A stretch of 64,000 nt of DNA, from the NCBI GenBank assembly GCA_904063045.1, contig CAJFCJ010000054.1, positions 6,642 to 70,641 of the forward strand. The letters run 5' to 3'. The stretch is from Dimorphilus gyrociliatus. Lineage: Eukaryota > Animalia > Annelida. The notes under the pieces were generated by a model. That model did not search any database. It saw nothing but the letters and a program-made list of their open reading frames with translations, and had not been told where the DNA came from. The translations under genes were made by a program, and so were the position numbers. Shown here in pieces: positions 1 to 11,951 of the stretch. Numbering within the stretch: the stretch's first letter is position 1; every line of letters starts with the position of its first letter.

Positions 1-44
1 CTAGATATACTAATATTGTCGATTTATTTTAATCACACCAATAT

Positions 45-320
45 CTAGCAGCTTTTAGAATTACATTGATCTTTCCAATCACACCATTTCACTGTTCTAG
101 CCATTCTTTTTTTGTAATTTCCTGGAACTTCTGATGGACAGTTTATTTTCTTTAAAGTATTAATAGCGGTACAACAGCCATTTTTATATTTTTCTTTTTC
201 TTTCTTAACCTTGTCTAAATGACTTTGCATGGTCAGAATCCAATTTAACGAGTGTAACATTACAATGAACAAGCAATAGAACCAAAGATCAATAGCAGAG
301 TAGATAGTTCATAACAGCAG
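45..320 (-). pseudogene. Possible three-finger (Ly6/uPAR-like) protein relic
   Basis: ORF 45-272 ends ...GCC...NC...WCDWKDQCNS, resembling the Ly6 CCxxDxCN terminus. A hydrophobic LSTLLLIFGSIACS-L*CY stretch lies upstream in another frame. It partly overlaps a dispersed repeat, so the call is weak. Confidence 0.25.
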
Positions 321-429
321 GTTGCCAAATTGCCAAACTAGCATGCAGCAGGAGAGTGGCTTATTCCATTGAAGGCTGTTCCCTGTGATCTTCCTCAATG
401 ATTAGTTTAATTTAGAACTAGAAACTCAT

Positions 430-627
430 TTACTCAATACATATTCTTTAAATGAAATACTGGCATTTTGTTGATTAATTTCTACCGAAATTACATTTTT
501 TATAACTACTTGTGGACGAACTTGGAAGGTTCTATTTGGACCAGTACTTTGGCAGATTGGTAAATGATTGGAAAGGATGAAGAAGAAGCAGAAATTCCTA
601 CAATTACAATACAACAAAGTACAAACA
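430..627 (+). mobile_element. 3' part of LTR family B (partial solo LTR)
   Basis: Similar to 20940-21132 and ends AAAGTACAAACA. Confidence 0.55.
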
Positions 628-679
628 AAATACTTTATTACATGCAACAAATGATTACCTTCAAATGGAAGAGAGCTAG

Positions 680-1219
680 AGGAATGGATTGGCTTGTATT
701 GTATCATTTTCTTTAATTTTTTCAATAACAAATATCTTTTTGATAACACTGGAGAGGTATAAGGCAATTTGTAAACCATTTGAGGAAAATATTATAAAAA
801 CAAAAGCAAAATTGATATAACTGTTCAATTTTTTACTTACATTTGCAATTGTTTTAATTCTATTAATATTTTTCAAGGTTTTCTTTCTTTATTTTCAAAA
901 ATATTTCAATATATATGTTTTTATCTATTTTTAAAAAGATTGTTTTTCAGAATCATCAACCTGTCTTAATATTCATACAAGAAGTGATAAAGGTGAAGGT
1001 TGGATATATTCATTTATTGTATTTGGTTTCTTGATTTTTGCAATCAGCCTATCAATCTTTTTACTTTATGTTTCAATATTCTTTGCAATAAATAAGAGAA
1101 ATAAAATGTCTGCAGTTATAATATCATTCTTAGTCCCATTGAATTCATTACTCAATCCATATATTTATTCATTTGATAGTTTTAAAAAAGTTCTCTTCAT
1201 CCACCAAATTTTAATGTAA
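680..1219 (+). pseudogene. Intronless class A GPCR pseudogene, LGR/GRL101-like 7TM (TM3-TM7)
   Basis: One frame reads GLACIVSFSLIFSITNIFLITLERYKAICKPF...*...*...STCLNIH...GWIYSFIVF...VPLNSLLNPYIY. It has ERY and NPxxY motifs, in-frame TAA at 818 and 932, and TM6 is missing. Confidence 0.75.
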
Positions 1220-1547
1220 AATTTATCTTTTACTGCATAAAACTCTCTCTGTCTTTTCTTTTTCTTTCTAATAGAAAAATCAGGTTTGCAAATTATGAGA
1301 AACATGTAAACTTTTAAAATAAATCAATCACTTTCGTTAGAAATGGAACAAGAATTCTTTGAAGATAATGAAGATGAAAATTTAAAAGAATTTATTATAA
1401 ATCAAAAAATTTCTAAAGATTTCAAATACTTTTACTGTATTAGAGAAATATTGAAAGATTTAAGAATATTCCATTCAGAAGCCTTATCTATTGATTGTTC
1501 AAATATTGAAAGTATTTTATCTGCGAAAGTAAATGTGGATTTTTTTT

Positions 1548-1755
1548 GGGGTCGACAGAAAACGTCTACAAATGAGAAATTTCAAGACAAAAATTTGGAT
1601 TGAGAAATGGTTAGGCAAAAGAAAACAGCAACTGATTTGTAGTTAGGAGGGTCTCCTCTGAGGGTTAGGGGTAAAGGAAAAAGGTTAGGTACAGCTAAGG
1701 GCTGGGTTAGGGTTAGGGTAAAAGCACCAATTTGTGGACGTTTTCTGTCGTATCC
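1548..1755 (+). mobile_element. Mutator-type MITE (~207 bp) with TTAGGG motifs, copy 1
   Basis: TIRs GGGGTCGACAGAAAACGTC(T/C)ACAAAT / ATTTGTGGACGTTTTCTGTCG-ATCC; 9-bp TSD ATTTTTTTT at 1539-1547 and 1756-1764. Confidence 0.9.
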
Positions 1756-2521
1756 ATTTTTTTTTCTTTCTTGTTTATTTACAAAATTTCTTTTTGGCAG
1801 AAAAACATTGAACAGGGATATACAATTTTTCCAGAGTATTATACCAGATTAACAAAATATCAGAATTGAAAGATATTTATTTTTTTGGAGATTTTTTTTC
1901 AATATAATACAAAAAAATTCAAACTAATTGAATAATGATTTATATGTTGTTTTTTTACATGAATATTGCCTCAGAATACATTAAATAGATAACTATTGAT
2001 TTGATATTTTTGAATACTAATGCCAACTACAATATTAAAACTGGATACATGTATTTAGTGTAAATTTATGGAGAAAATGTCTTATAAATTACTATCAAAT
2101 GGTGCCATATTTGGTATTTTTCTTTATGCTGACTTCCAAATATTTTTTCCTTGCATTTGTAGCAATACAATACTATCTATCAACAAGAAGTAAAAATTAT
2201 CAAAAAATGGTTGCTCAAAAGTTTCAAAAACTTGATTTAATTAATGATAATCTTACCTTAAATTGATATAACTGTAAAATATCTATTCAAAGATATTCAA
2301 ATTTTTCTATTATTGCTATGTTTTGTGATTAAACTTAGTAAATATCTTTTACAGATAGTATTTCAACAAAACTATTCTTTTGAAAGGAATCAAAAACAGA
2401 AAAACATAAACAGGAAATAGTTCCTCAACAAAATGGCGGATCTATCATTGCATAATTTTTATAATCTCAAAAGTTTGAAACAATATTTAACCCTATTTAT
2501 CAATACCAATTTTCAATTCCA

Positions 2522-2573
2522 AGGACAATTTCTCCTGTGGACATTCTCTCTTGTGGACATTTTCGCCTGCACC
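2522..2573. repeat. Tandem ~16-bp GGACATT-type repeats, probable orphan Mutator/Phantom terminus
   Basis: ggacaatttctcctgt-ggacattctctcttgt-ggacattttcgcctgcaccc; same architecture as the MULE ends at 11952 and 14734. Confidence 0.35.
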
Positions 2574-3098
2574 CAGACAGCTCGTTAAGTATAACTTTGT
2601 CATTGTATACTGGAGACAAACCTTCAAGTATATAAATCTTCACTGTTTCATTCCAACTATCCTACTTTAAATTGACAAGATCAACTGGAAACAACCCTCA
2701 CTGGGACAAGCCTTCTACTGCTTTCCTTCAACATTGGACACTAGTTTGGTAATTTGATGATTATCACCAAAAATGATATAACTTGCATCAGCCTTTTAAA
2801 TATTCTTGATTAAAAAGTAATCAGGTATAAATTCTTTATTCAAATCAAATGAAAGATCAGCTGTATAACCATTACCCTGGCGGTCTGAGCACTAGGAAGA
2901 CATTTGTTGGATATAAATGTATATAAATTCCCAATCAATAGTTTATTTGAAAAATATATACAAAATGAACACATTGAAAAACAAAAAACATCAATAAAAT
3001 CTATTTTCTGCTATAAATTTTAAAAACTGTTGACATAATATACATCAGAATATTTCAGATTTATAGGCAATATAGAATTTACAAGATTTTATTTTGCT

Positions 3099-3320
3099 TG
3101 TAGCACGGAATTGCAGACAATTCTGTCTAAAATTATGTTTTTATTACTCTTAGCTTTCTCACACTGTTTTGATACATTCACTCTCTTTTATACCTTGCTA
3201 GCGTCACTTAACTGGGTGCTTGACTGTTCTCATTCGTGGTGCCACATTCGCGCCACATTGTTCTCTATCAACTATCCTGACTTTGGCTAAGTCAAGCTCC
3301 CCTTGTAAGTGACACTAACA
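3099..3320 (-). mobile_element. Probable solo LTR (~222 bp)
   Basis: On the minus strand it runs TGT...TACA with internal TATAAAAG and AATAAAAACA; near-match 4-bp flanks tgct/tact. Confidence 0.45.
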
Positions 3321-3661
3321 TACTGACATACATTCACTGACTCACACTGACTCACACATAATGTTTAAACGCTCTCTTCATAGAATACAGTCTGCAACAG
3401 AAAGATCCATATATGAAAAAAAAAAAGTTTTTTGATAAAAGAGCTTTTTTTTCTTTCTAAGATGAATTTTTTTGGTTTTTTTTTAAATATTGGTTGAAGA
3501 ATATGTCTGAAATTGAAATTTGGATTCGGTTTGAATTGAATGTTTAATAATCTTAAAAAATAGCAGAATAATAGTGCATCAAAAATTTCCGTATATTGTC
3601 AGTTAACTAGCTTGTCTTCATTTTTTTTATTACATTTCTATATTTTGTATTTGTACAAGAG

Positions 3662-4390
3662 TTATTTTCCTATCCTGTCACCTTTGTTGGCAATAACTTG
3701 CCAAATTCTTCCTCCTATTCCTTTATATAAATGTTTTACATAGCCTCTTTTGTTTCTATTTATTTTTTCTGTTTTGGCTTGTATTTTGTCCCATAAATGG
3801 TCAAGGGTTTGGGGCGTACTTATTTCATAAACATTTTTTTTAAATAACCGCACAAATTTTCTATGGGGTTGAGGTCTGGTGAATATGGAGGCCAAACTAG
3901 CACTTGGATTCTGTTCTCCTCCAGTGTATCAGTTGTTACACTGGAGGTGTGTGGAGGTGCATTATCCTGCTGCCAGAAGAAGTCTTCACCAAATTTTTCC
4001 CTCAACATTGGAAAAATTGTCCCCTGAATGAACTCAGAGTAAATTTCTTCAGTGATGTTAGAGGGAAGTCTTTGGATGAAAACTTCACCATCTGAGGATT
4101 TACACCCCTACACCATCACTCCTCCTCCACCAACAGGACTTGAGAGTCTTGGCCTATTGTCTACTTGCCAAGTTAGTAGGTGGTTTGGACCATCTAGGGC
4201 AAACCTAGTCTCAGTGGTAAAGATCACTTTACTGAAATTAATCTGTTGTTGGATCCAGCCACCTACCAAAGCCATTTGAGTATTTTTTAGCTCTTGTTGA
4301 CAAAGGGTAAATTTTTGGGACAGTTAGATAGCTTGCTCCTTCTTGCTTTAGAACCCTTTGTATGGTTCTCTTTGAGATATCCAGTCCTAA
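3662..4390 (-). mobile_element. Degenerate Tc1/mariner (DD34E) transposase
   Basis: DISKRTIQRVLK (HTH), VIFTTETRF (first catalytic D lost), WQQDNAPPH, WPPYSPDLNPIEN; frameshifted. Confidence 0.9.
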
Positions 4391-4963
4391 TTTTTGTCTA
4401 TTTGAGTTTGCCATTCTTTTTAAGTTATTAATATCAGGAAGACATTTAGCATTAGATTCATATGATAAAAGAACTTTTTCAGCAATGCTTCTTCCAGATG
4501 CTTTGTTATCACTTTTTTATATAGTTTTCAAATCTGTTTTTACTTTAACATCTACTTCTAAATTTTCTTTTCTATTGTGATTATGTTCCAGATTGCCTTT
4601 AATAAATATACTTCCACTTTGTCTTACTCTAGCTGCACATCTTTTCTTCTTATTTCTCAAACTGCATACCCAAATTGTGGTTGTAAGTGTTTTATGTTTA
4701 ACAACAAAAGAGTATCCATCATTTAGAAGAATGTCATGTCCCTTTCTGCTCCCTCCCTTTACAATCTCAAAATCATTCTTTCTGATTGAATTGCTATCAT
4801 CTTCTGCATTTCCCTCAACTTCTTCCAAACAGTCTAGGTCCATTGATTGGCTATCTGAATGTATGGGATTTTCATGCTCCAATGTTGAATCCTTAAATTC
4901 ATCAGGATCACTTTTGTTATCATCTAAGCTCTTATTATTCTTTTGGTATTGGTCAATTTCCAT
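4390..4963 (-). mobile_element. 5' fragment of a FLYWCH-MULE (Phantom-type) transposase
   Basis: GGSRKG..ILLNDGYSF...WVCSLRNKKKRC...HNH; clear homolog of the 12759-13400 region; in-frame TAA at 4517-4519. Confidence 0.85.
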
Positions 4964-5605
4964 ATTAGTTATCTTTTTAAGGCTAACAGTACATTTTCTT
5001 TTGTTACATGTTGTGCAAACTGGAATGCTAGGTGTTTTTTAGTCAATATGTTCAATATGTTAACAAAATATAGTTATCTAAAACATAATTAAATATTAAT
5101 ATACCTGTACATTTTTTATGGATAAGATTCTTACAAAGGCAGCATTTCAAATTTTTTTGCCTTCTATAAATTTTTGAATCACAATTGTTACATTTTAAAG
5201 CCATATTATGAAATCAGAAAAAATTCATTTGATTATTAAAAATAATTGTCAGATATCAATCAACGTCCTTTCCAAATATTCAAAATGGCTGAAATTTTAT
5301 TTATTTGACAAATTTTGAAATAATTTGCTGTTAAAGAAAACACATTAAATTAAAATATTCCTCATCAAAAATCTGCTTAAAAGTATTTAGAAATTTACCT
5401 CTGTAAAATTTACTAACAAGAACTGTCCAAAATTTATTCAGGAAATATAACTTACTTTTTGAAGTATATGCCTTCTGAAGAGAAAGTTTGTTTCTACCAC
5501 TTCCACTTTTGAAATGGCCGCCACTTCACTTTTCAACAACATTTTAGTTTTTTAAATAATAATTCACATTGATGAAATATTTTTACTTTTTCAAATTATT
5601 ATATA

Positions 5606-7212
5606 CAGTATAGGCAAAAAGTCCCCAGCCACCCTATAAAATTTTTAGTTTTGATATTAAGATATACAAAATAACTACTTTTAATTGGTAATAATAATGA
5701 TTAATATGTATAAACTAATATCCTTTACAAAAAATTATCAAAAAATTGTTTTTCTTTTATAAAATCCAGTTTTAGTAATTATATCTTGAAAAAAGGGGTT
5801 AGTTAAAAATGAGTCACTATCTAGTTAATCAAAAACTACCCTAGTATGCTAAGCTGCATAAATCAAATAGGAAATTATCTTATGATAATTGTATCTTTGG
5901 TTATTCAAAAAAATGGTGGTCATTGATAAAGGAATTCATCGTTTGGTTGTTGAAAAACACCAAGAAGGGCTATCATTGAATAAAATTGCCAAAATGCTAA
6001 ATATTTTGAGGTTCAGTGCCCAAAATATCTGGAAAAAGTTTCAATTGCATCGTACAATTGAAGATTTACCCAAATGTGGCAGGCCACCCAAATTAAGTGA
6101 GTGGGATGAGAGAATATTATGCCTTATTTCTAGCAGAAATCCTTTCTGAGGATCAAAAAAAATTTTGTCAGCATCTAAATTAGCATCAGTAGTATCCCTA
6201 TCTACTTGCAAGAATGTTTTAAGGAAACATAACTTGAGAGGCTATGTTGCAGCAAAAAAACCCCTATTAAAAAAAAGGCATTTAATAAATAGGAGAAAGT
6301 TTTGTAAAAGACTCCTCTCTTGGAACAAAGAGCAAATTAATTCAATTGTGTTTTCAGATGAGACAAGGATAGATTTATATCCAAAACACAGGCAGTTTGT
6401 CAGAAGGCCATATGCCATAAAAATGTTTAAAGAGGCAAATGGTTCCCTAAATATATGGGGTTTTATAAAAAGTGATGGCAGCAGAGGTATCCATTTATAC
6501 AAAAGTAATTTAAATTCAGAAAAATATCAAGAAATTCTTGATAAATCTTTCCTAGAAAATTACAATAGGGACCAAGTATTCATGCAGGATGGTGCTCCAT
6601 GCCATACATCTAGGAGTACCTTAAGGTATCTAGATGAAAAGAACATAAGGCACTTGCAAGACTGGCCAGCCCAGAGTCCTGACCTAAATCCTATTGAAAA
6701 TTTATGGTCATATCTAAAAGGAAGGGTTGGTAAACACATGTGTACAAATGTAGATGACCTATGGAGGGTAACAGAGCAAGAATTTGACAATATTCCAACT
6801 GAATATGTTAAAAATTGTTTAATAGTTTTTGAAAGAGGCTACAGCTGTGTCTTTTCAATAAGGGTGGTCATACCAAGTATTAAAAAGGTTTAAAAGTATT
6901 ATTACTATATTTTCATAAAATATTATAATAAGTCATGTGTATACATGGTAAAAGAGTGTCCTAAGGTAGATTTAATGTAAAATATTTAATTAAATAGATG
7001 GTGATTCATTTTTAACTAACCCCTTTTTTCAAGGTATAATTACTAAAACTGGATTTTATAAAAGAAAAACAATTTTTTGATAATTTTTCATAAAGGATAT
7101 TAGTTTATACATGTTAATCATTATTATTATCTATTAAAAGTAGTTATTCTATATATCTTAATATTGAAACTAAAAATTTTACAAGGTGGCTGGGGACTTT
7201 TTGCCTATACTG
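5606..7212 (+). mobile_element. Full-length Tc1-like element with ~220-bp TIRs and inactivated transposase (~5913-6890)
   Basis: TA-CAGTATAGGCAAAAAGTCCCCAGCCACC...GGTGGCTGGGGACTTTTTGCCTATACTG-TA; TIRs ~5606-5829 and ~6987-7212. Motifs VFSDET, QDGAPCH, WPAQSPDLNPIE. TGA at 6147-6149 and a C-terminal frameshift. Confidence 0.95.
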
Positions 7213-7226
7213 TATATACATATAAA

Positions 7227-7433
7227 GGGGTCGACAGAAAACGTCCACAAATGAGAAATTTCAAGACAAAAATTTGGATTGAGAAATGGTTGGGAAGAAG
7301 AAGAGAGCAACTGATTTGTAATTAGGAGGGTCTCCTCTAAGGGTTAGGGGTAATGGAAAAGGTTAGGTACAGCTAAGGGCTGGGTTAGGGTTAGGGTAAA
7401 AGCACCAATTTGTGGACGTTTTCTGTCGCATCC
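7227..7433 (+). mobile_element. Mutator-type MITE with TTAGGG motifs, copy 2
   Basis: Same TIRs; perfect 9-bp TSD ACATATAAA at 7218-7226 and 7434-7442. Confidence 0.92.
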
Positions 7434-7654
7434 ACATATAAAGTAGTCCGCAAAAATTTTGGTACACTATAAATTTTAATAGGCCAAACTTTAAAAATCC
7501 TTTTCACAAAGAAAGAAGTTTCTTTTTTTTATTTTTTCTGTCTTAAATATTAGATTAAACATAGATATGTAGTCAATGAATGAGTAGCAGACGTAGGTTA
7601 TAGCTATTTCCACCAACTTTACCAATACAATGCGTTAGAGTTTAAGGTATACTT

Positions 7655-8143
7655 TTACTGTATAGTGCAGGCAAGAGATTCAAGTCCATCACAAATTGTT
7701 TGAAATTTGCCTTTTCCTATTCTTGAATTGCTCAATAAATTAAGTTTAACTATTGAAGAACACTGTTGTAGTGTGTCATCCAAGTTTTTACCATTGTCAC
7801 TTGTTAATTTACAACTAGAAATATTGATTTTTTGCAAAGTTTTAGTAAATGATCTACATGTTCCGCAAATAAACCAAAGAGCATGTTCCATTTTGTAATT
7901 TGATAATATATCAATATCTACTATGGAAGAGAATCCTCTTAATGTTCTGCCAAAGTATACTCCTTGATATATTTCCAAATTACTATAACTAAGTTTGAAT
8001 TGTTTCAGAGTGTTAGCAGATGAGACAAGTCCATTTAGATTCAGTCTAAAACCATTACCCATTTGCCAATTGAATGACAAATTTATACCCACTAAACACC
8101 TGCACTTTTTCATTATAATTATGAAAAGTAGTTCAAATTTCAT
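7655..8143 (-). pseudogene. RI-like LRR fragment (NLR-family relic)
   Basis: QMGNGF..NGLVSSANTLKQFKLSYSNL and LQKINISSCKLT...QCSSIVKLNLLSN resemble the LRRs of the large NLR and of 17550-18420. Confidence 0.65.
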
Positions 8144-8284
8144 AGTAAATCCTTACCAAAGTGAAGGTTAACTTCAGTTTCTTCATTTATAAAACGGCTG
8201 TCATTTCATTTTTCAACATTGTCTTTATTTTTGTAGGTTCCATTAGTGTAATTTAAAATAATAAAATTAAAAAAAGCCTATCTA

Positions 8285-8340
8285 TGGGTATGGTTTCATT
8301 TGGGTACGGTTTCACCCAGGTACAGTTTCACCCACTCCCA
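8285..8340. repeat. Tandem GGGTACGGTTTCACC repeats ending CTCCC (orphan Mutator-like terminus); related copy at ~23570-23603
   Basis: Three degenerate 15-16-bp units, with the same motif seen again near 23570. Confidence 0.4.
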
Positions 8341-8970
8341 TAATGCTTATAGCTATCAGTGCAATACTAATTCAATACTACTCATCTATTGTGAAATAAA
8401 GCTTGCTATTGTAATACAGAAACCTTTTCCATATATCTTTTTATTTAGAAAGGAATACAAACCTGACACTCATTTAAGTAACACAATTTGCTGTACAGTC
8501 ATTAATGAATAAATGAATTTTTATCCTACCTATATGTGTTTCAAGATGTGTCTTTTGGAGAAAATTATTATTTTGTCTATCTTTTTCAATATTACATAAA
8601 TATAACTCATTGACAAAAAACAAACAATTTATATTTGTTATTTTAAATTTGGCCTATGAAAATTGTTCCCACCCATACCTTACAGGCAATGGTATTGTTT
8701 AGCTTTTGTAGAAAATAGTATTGAGCTAGCTATACAGCTTTCTGACAAACGCTTCTTAGGAACTGACCTGTATTGATTTTTTTGTGGCTATAACCACATA
8801 ACCTTTTATAGAAGCTGCTTCAAATGGATAACCATTGTTGTGAAAGCCTATCAGCCAGAATCTCATACATAATACTTATCAATTATCAATATGAAATGTC
8901 CAAATATTCAAATCAGGAAAGAATTTAAATTCATGCTACTTTGCTTTAATTTAATCGCTTTCTTTTGCAG

Positions 8971-9234
8971 GCATCCAAAAATGATTCACAACCAGTATTA
9001 AATGAAGAAGCAAAGAAACATCAGGAAGTTATTGATAGTTTAAAATGCAAGCTTTGCTTTAGCAATATCGCAGATATTCTATTGCTTTCTTGCTATCATG
9101 TTATATGTTGCAAAGAATGCCTGCTCAATCTTACAACAGCAAAATGCCCCTATTGCAGAAAATTCATAAGGGGATATGTTGTCATCAAATCGGACCTTGA
9201 CAAATTAAATTTTTGTTTTGCATCTGATAAATGA
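8971..9234 (+). CDS. Terminal exon encoding a C3HC4 RING finger (IAP/MYLIP-type); upstream exons not identified
   Basis: CKLC-x11-C-x-H-x3-C-x2-C-x9-CPYC after an acceptor ttcttttgcag (8960-8970). Confidence 0.7.
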   Translation, partial: ASKNDSQPVLNEEAKKHQEVIDSLKCKLCFSNIADILLLSCYHVICCKECLLNLTTAKCPYCRKFIRGYVVIKSDLDKLNFCFASDK

Positions 9235-9575
9235 AGAGAATTTTTGCAAAGTTTACTAGTTTCTTTCACATTTTAGTTACATTCTTGTGAGACTGTCACA
9301 TTTCATCCAAATTAACCTTTGACTAATTTAACCTAATCTTGGGCAAATGATTGGAAAGGACAAATACTGATCTGAACAAGAAGAATTCCTACAATTTCTA
9401 TACAATAAAGTACAAGTTACAAAGAAAAATTTAAGCTAGATGTTCTTCCTTTTCTAATATCACTCAATTTGAGGTAAGTTATTCTGGTGGTGTTTGATGA
9501 TTTTTAGTGATTAATTGGAAGCATTTCTATTATACAGTCCGCGACAAAAATTTCCAAATAATAATATAGATAATG

Positions 9576-9859
9576 ATCCTTATCTGGGGTTAGAACCTTG
9601 TTGTTGCCACCTAAGGCATAAACAACTGATAAGGAATTGTATAAAAGCAGGGCGTAGGTAGTAACAGGCATTCAGTCCTGAATCTACCCTCTTAGTGAAA
9701 AGGTCTAGTATTACTTTAGAGTACAGTTATATTATTCTTATGTTTTGGTTCTATAATCATCCTTCCTCAATTCTACATCTCTCTTCTAAGTGGCTTACTC
9801 CTAATTCAGTTCTATTTGGACCAGTACTTACCTACAACCCCAGCAGGAAAGTACAAACT
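9576..9859 (+). mobile_element. 5' LTR of a Ty3/gypsy element (LTR family A)
   Basis: Clearly similar to 20002-20300; internal TATAAAAG; directly followed by a PBS and gag. Confidence 0.8.
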
Positions 9860-9879
9860 TGGCGCAGTTGACAGGATTC
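9860..9879 (+). promoter_or_regulatory. Retrotransposon primer-binding site complementary to the tRNA-Ser 3' end
   Basis: TGGCGCAGTTGACAGGATTC; its reverse complement GAATCCTGTCAACTGCG-CCA matches a Ser-type T-arm/acceptor 3' end (discriminator G). Confidence 0.75.
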
Positions 9880-9895
9880 TAATCTTTTTTTTAAA

Positions 9896-10591
9896 ATGGC
9901 TAGTGCTGGAAGTGATCCCTATACTAGTAGAACAAGTAAAGATGAAAAGAAAATCAGTGAGTATATGCTGAAATTGGAGGAATATATGGAAAAAGTAAAG
10001 AATTTGGGTGAAGCTGTTGATGGTGAATCTTTCATTACAAAACATGTGCAGTCTGGTTCATTAACTCTTCCTGAAAACTCTTCTATGTATGGAAGTTCAA
10101 GTAGCCGCAAACCACAATCTGGTAGTTCAAGTGAGCCAATGTCTCAAGAAAGGAATAGGGGCAAGAGGACAACAGAACAGTTGGTAATGCAAATTACTTA
10201 ATTGGAACATACCATAGCAAATTTACTCTTGGATGCTGGTGAAAGACCAAATACTATATTGTTGAAACCATATTCTGGAAGAGAGGACAACTGGAATTTT
10301 AAAAGGAATTTCAGAACAGCTGCAGAAATAAGTTCATGGAATACTGAAGCAAAAAGAATGTTAAGAAAGTACACTGTAGATAAAGCTAGACTGGTTGTTG
10401 AAAGACTTCCTCCTGAAGCATCAGAAAAATATATATGGGATGCCTTAGACTTTGAGTTTAACCCTCACCTAATTGTCTATAAAAGAGATGTTGAAAGGTT
10501 GAAGCAATTAACTGGTGAAACTGTAACAAGTTTTGCTGGGAGAGCAAGTGATCTTATTGAGAAATTCTTGCCTGGAAATAAAAATGATTAG
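9896..10591 (+). pseudogene. Ty3/gypsy gag relic
   Basis: Two ORFs in the same frame separated by TAA at 10199-10201; KPYSG..NW..F...AAEISSW and LKQLTGETVTSFAGR capsid-like motifs; downstream of LTR and PBS. Confidence 0.75.
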
Positions 10592-11356
10592 CCTAAGGTG
10601 ATTGAAAGGATAAGAGAAATAGGGGTTCGAACATACCTGAGTGCAAATGTACCCTTTTTTTCTTTATTATTTTTATGGATTTTTCATAAAATAATTTGGT
10701 TAGTGATGCACAGTAGTCCGCATAAATTTTCGCACACCCTAAATTTTGATAGGCCAGATTTAAAATAACAAAAAAGAATGGCTTTTGGCAGAAAACTTAT
10801 CCTCAGAATTCTCAAAGAATTTACCATTTGTTGTTCATTCACTGGCACTACGCCAACATTAGCCAATGCTGTTTATCTCTATCATGGCATTTGGCCAAAA
10901 ACCATTCTAACTTCCTAGTTATTAAAAATAGATATACTTATCACAATTTCCCCAAAATGTAGTTAATATAGAGAAACTTAATCTGAAGTAAATGTCTTTT
11001 GTCAGTTGTCAATGAGAAAAATATTAATCTTGGATACAATGACAGCTGCCAAAGAACATTTTGAAACAGAGTTTAAAATATAAAGAGAATTGTGTATTGA
11101 CAGTAAATTATGAATATATTTTATGTTCTTCAAAAAATTGTCTTCCCAAGGCTTGCAAAAAGTTTACAGAAAAAGTATGGTAATTTTTTTTTCTAATTTA
11201 AAATTTAATAAGTTTACAATTAATTTCAGAGTTCTTATTTAGAAAAAAAGGAAATTAAACCTGTAATGACTCCTCATATTGAAATTCTGCAAATAATATT
11301 CCATTTTTTTACATTTTATTAGATGATCAATAGATGTTGACAACTAGCAAAACAGC

Positions 11357-11945
11357 TTAGGGTCAGAACGCCCCTGGTCAGTACGCCCCAGGTCAGAACG
11401 GCCCACTGATTTTTGAAGAACATAATATTTTTTGATGCTGTACTTATTGAATTAAAAAAAGTCAATTGAATATAAATTATATATGCATAATGTATTTTTT
11501 GTCTTAAAGTACAAAAGCTTAAACAAATATAATAAGTGATCACAAAAAAAGAAATAATTTTTCAAGCAATGTTCAAGTCAATTAAACCCTTTAAGAGATT
11601 ATCTAAACTTAATTCTCTTTCTTCAAACTTCTTCCACAACTCAAAGATAATATCCTGCAAATCTTTATATTTATTCTTCTGATTCTGTCTCATTTTATTT
11701 TCCACCAACATATCCTCATAAACTTCAATAAGGCTGCTTTCTCTATGAAATTCAGTGATAAGAGTATAAAAGTTTTCATTGCTTTCCAAATTTTGATTGA
11801 TTCTTGTATGCCAAGACTCTACATGATTATTTGTATGAACTATTAATTCATAAACTGACCAATTTTCTGGTTTCCAAATATTGCTTTCAATATAAGTAGA
11901 TTCCATATACTCAAGAAGATCAGCATATAAATTCAGTTCCAAAAG
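11357..11945 (-). mobile_element. 3' end of a second MULE (transposase C-terminus plus tandem-repeat terminus), truncated at the next element
   Basis: WKPENWSVY..HTNNHVESWH (catalytic E motif); GGTCAGAACGCCCC x3 at 11359-11405. Confidence 0.85.
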
Positions 11946-11951
11946 TTCCTC

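Noticed and set aside
1343-1603. 86-aa ORF as a gene
   Set aside because: No recognisable motif, and its 3' end is supplied by the MITE.
1695-1725. Interstitial telomere or chromosome-fusion scar
   Set aside because: Only 2-3 TTAGGG units, always inside the same TSD-flanked MITE.
8640-8960. BIR domain upstream of the RING exon (IAP gene)
   Set aside because: No BIR C/H pattern found in any frame I could read.
9860-9879. tRNA gene
   Set aside because: Only a 20-nt complement of a tRNA 3' end including CCA; it is a PBS.
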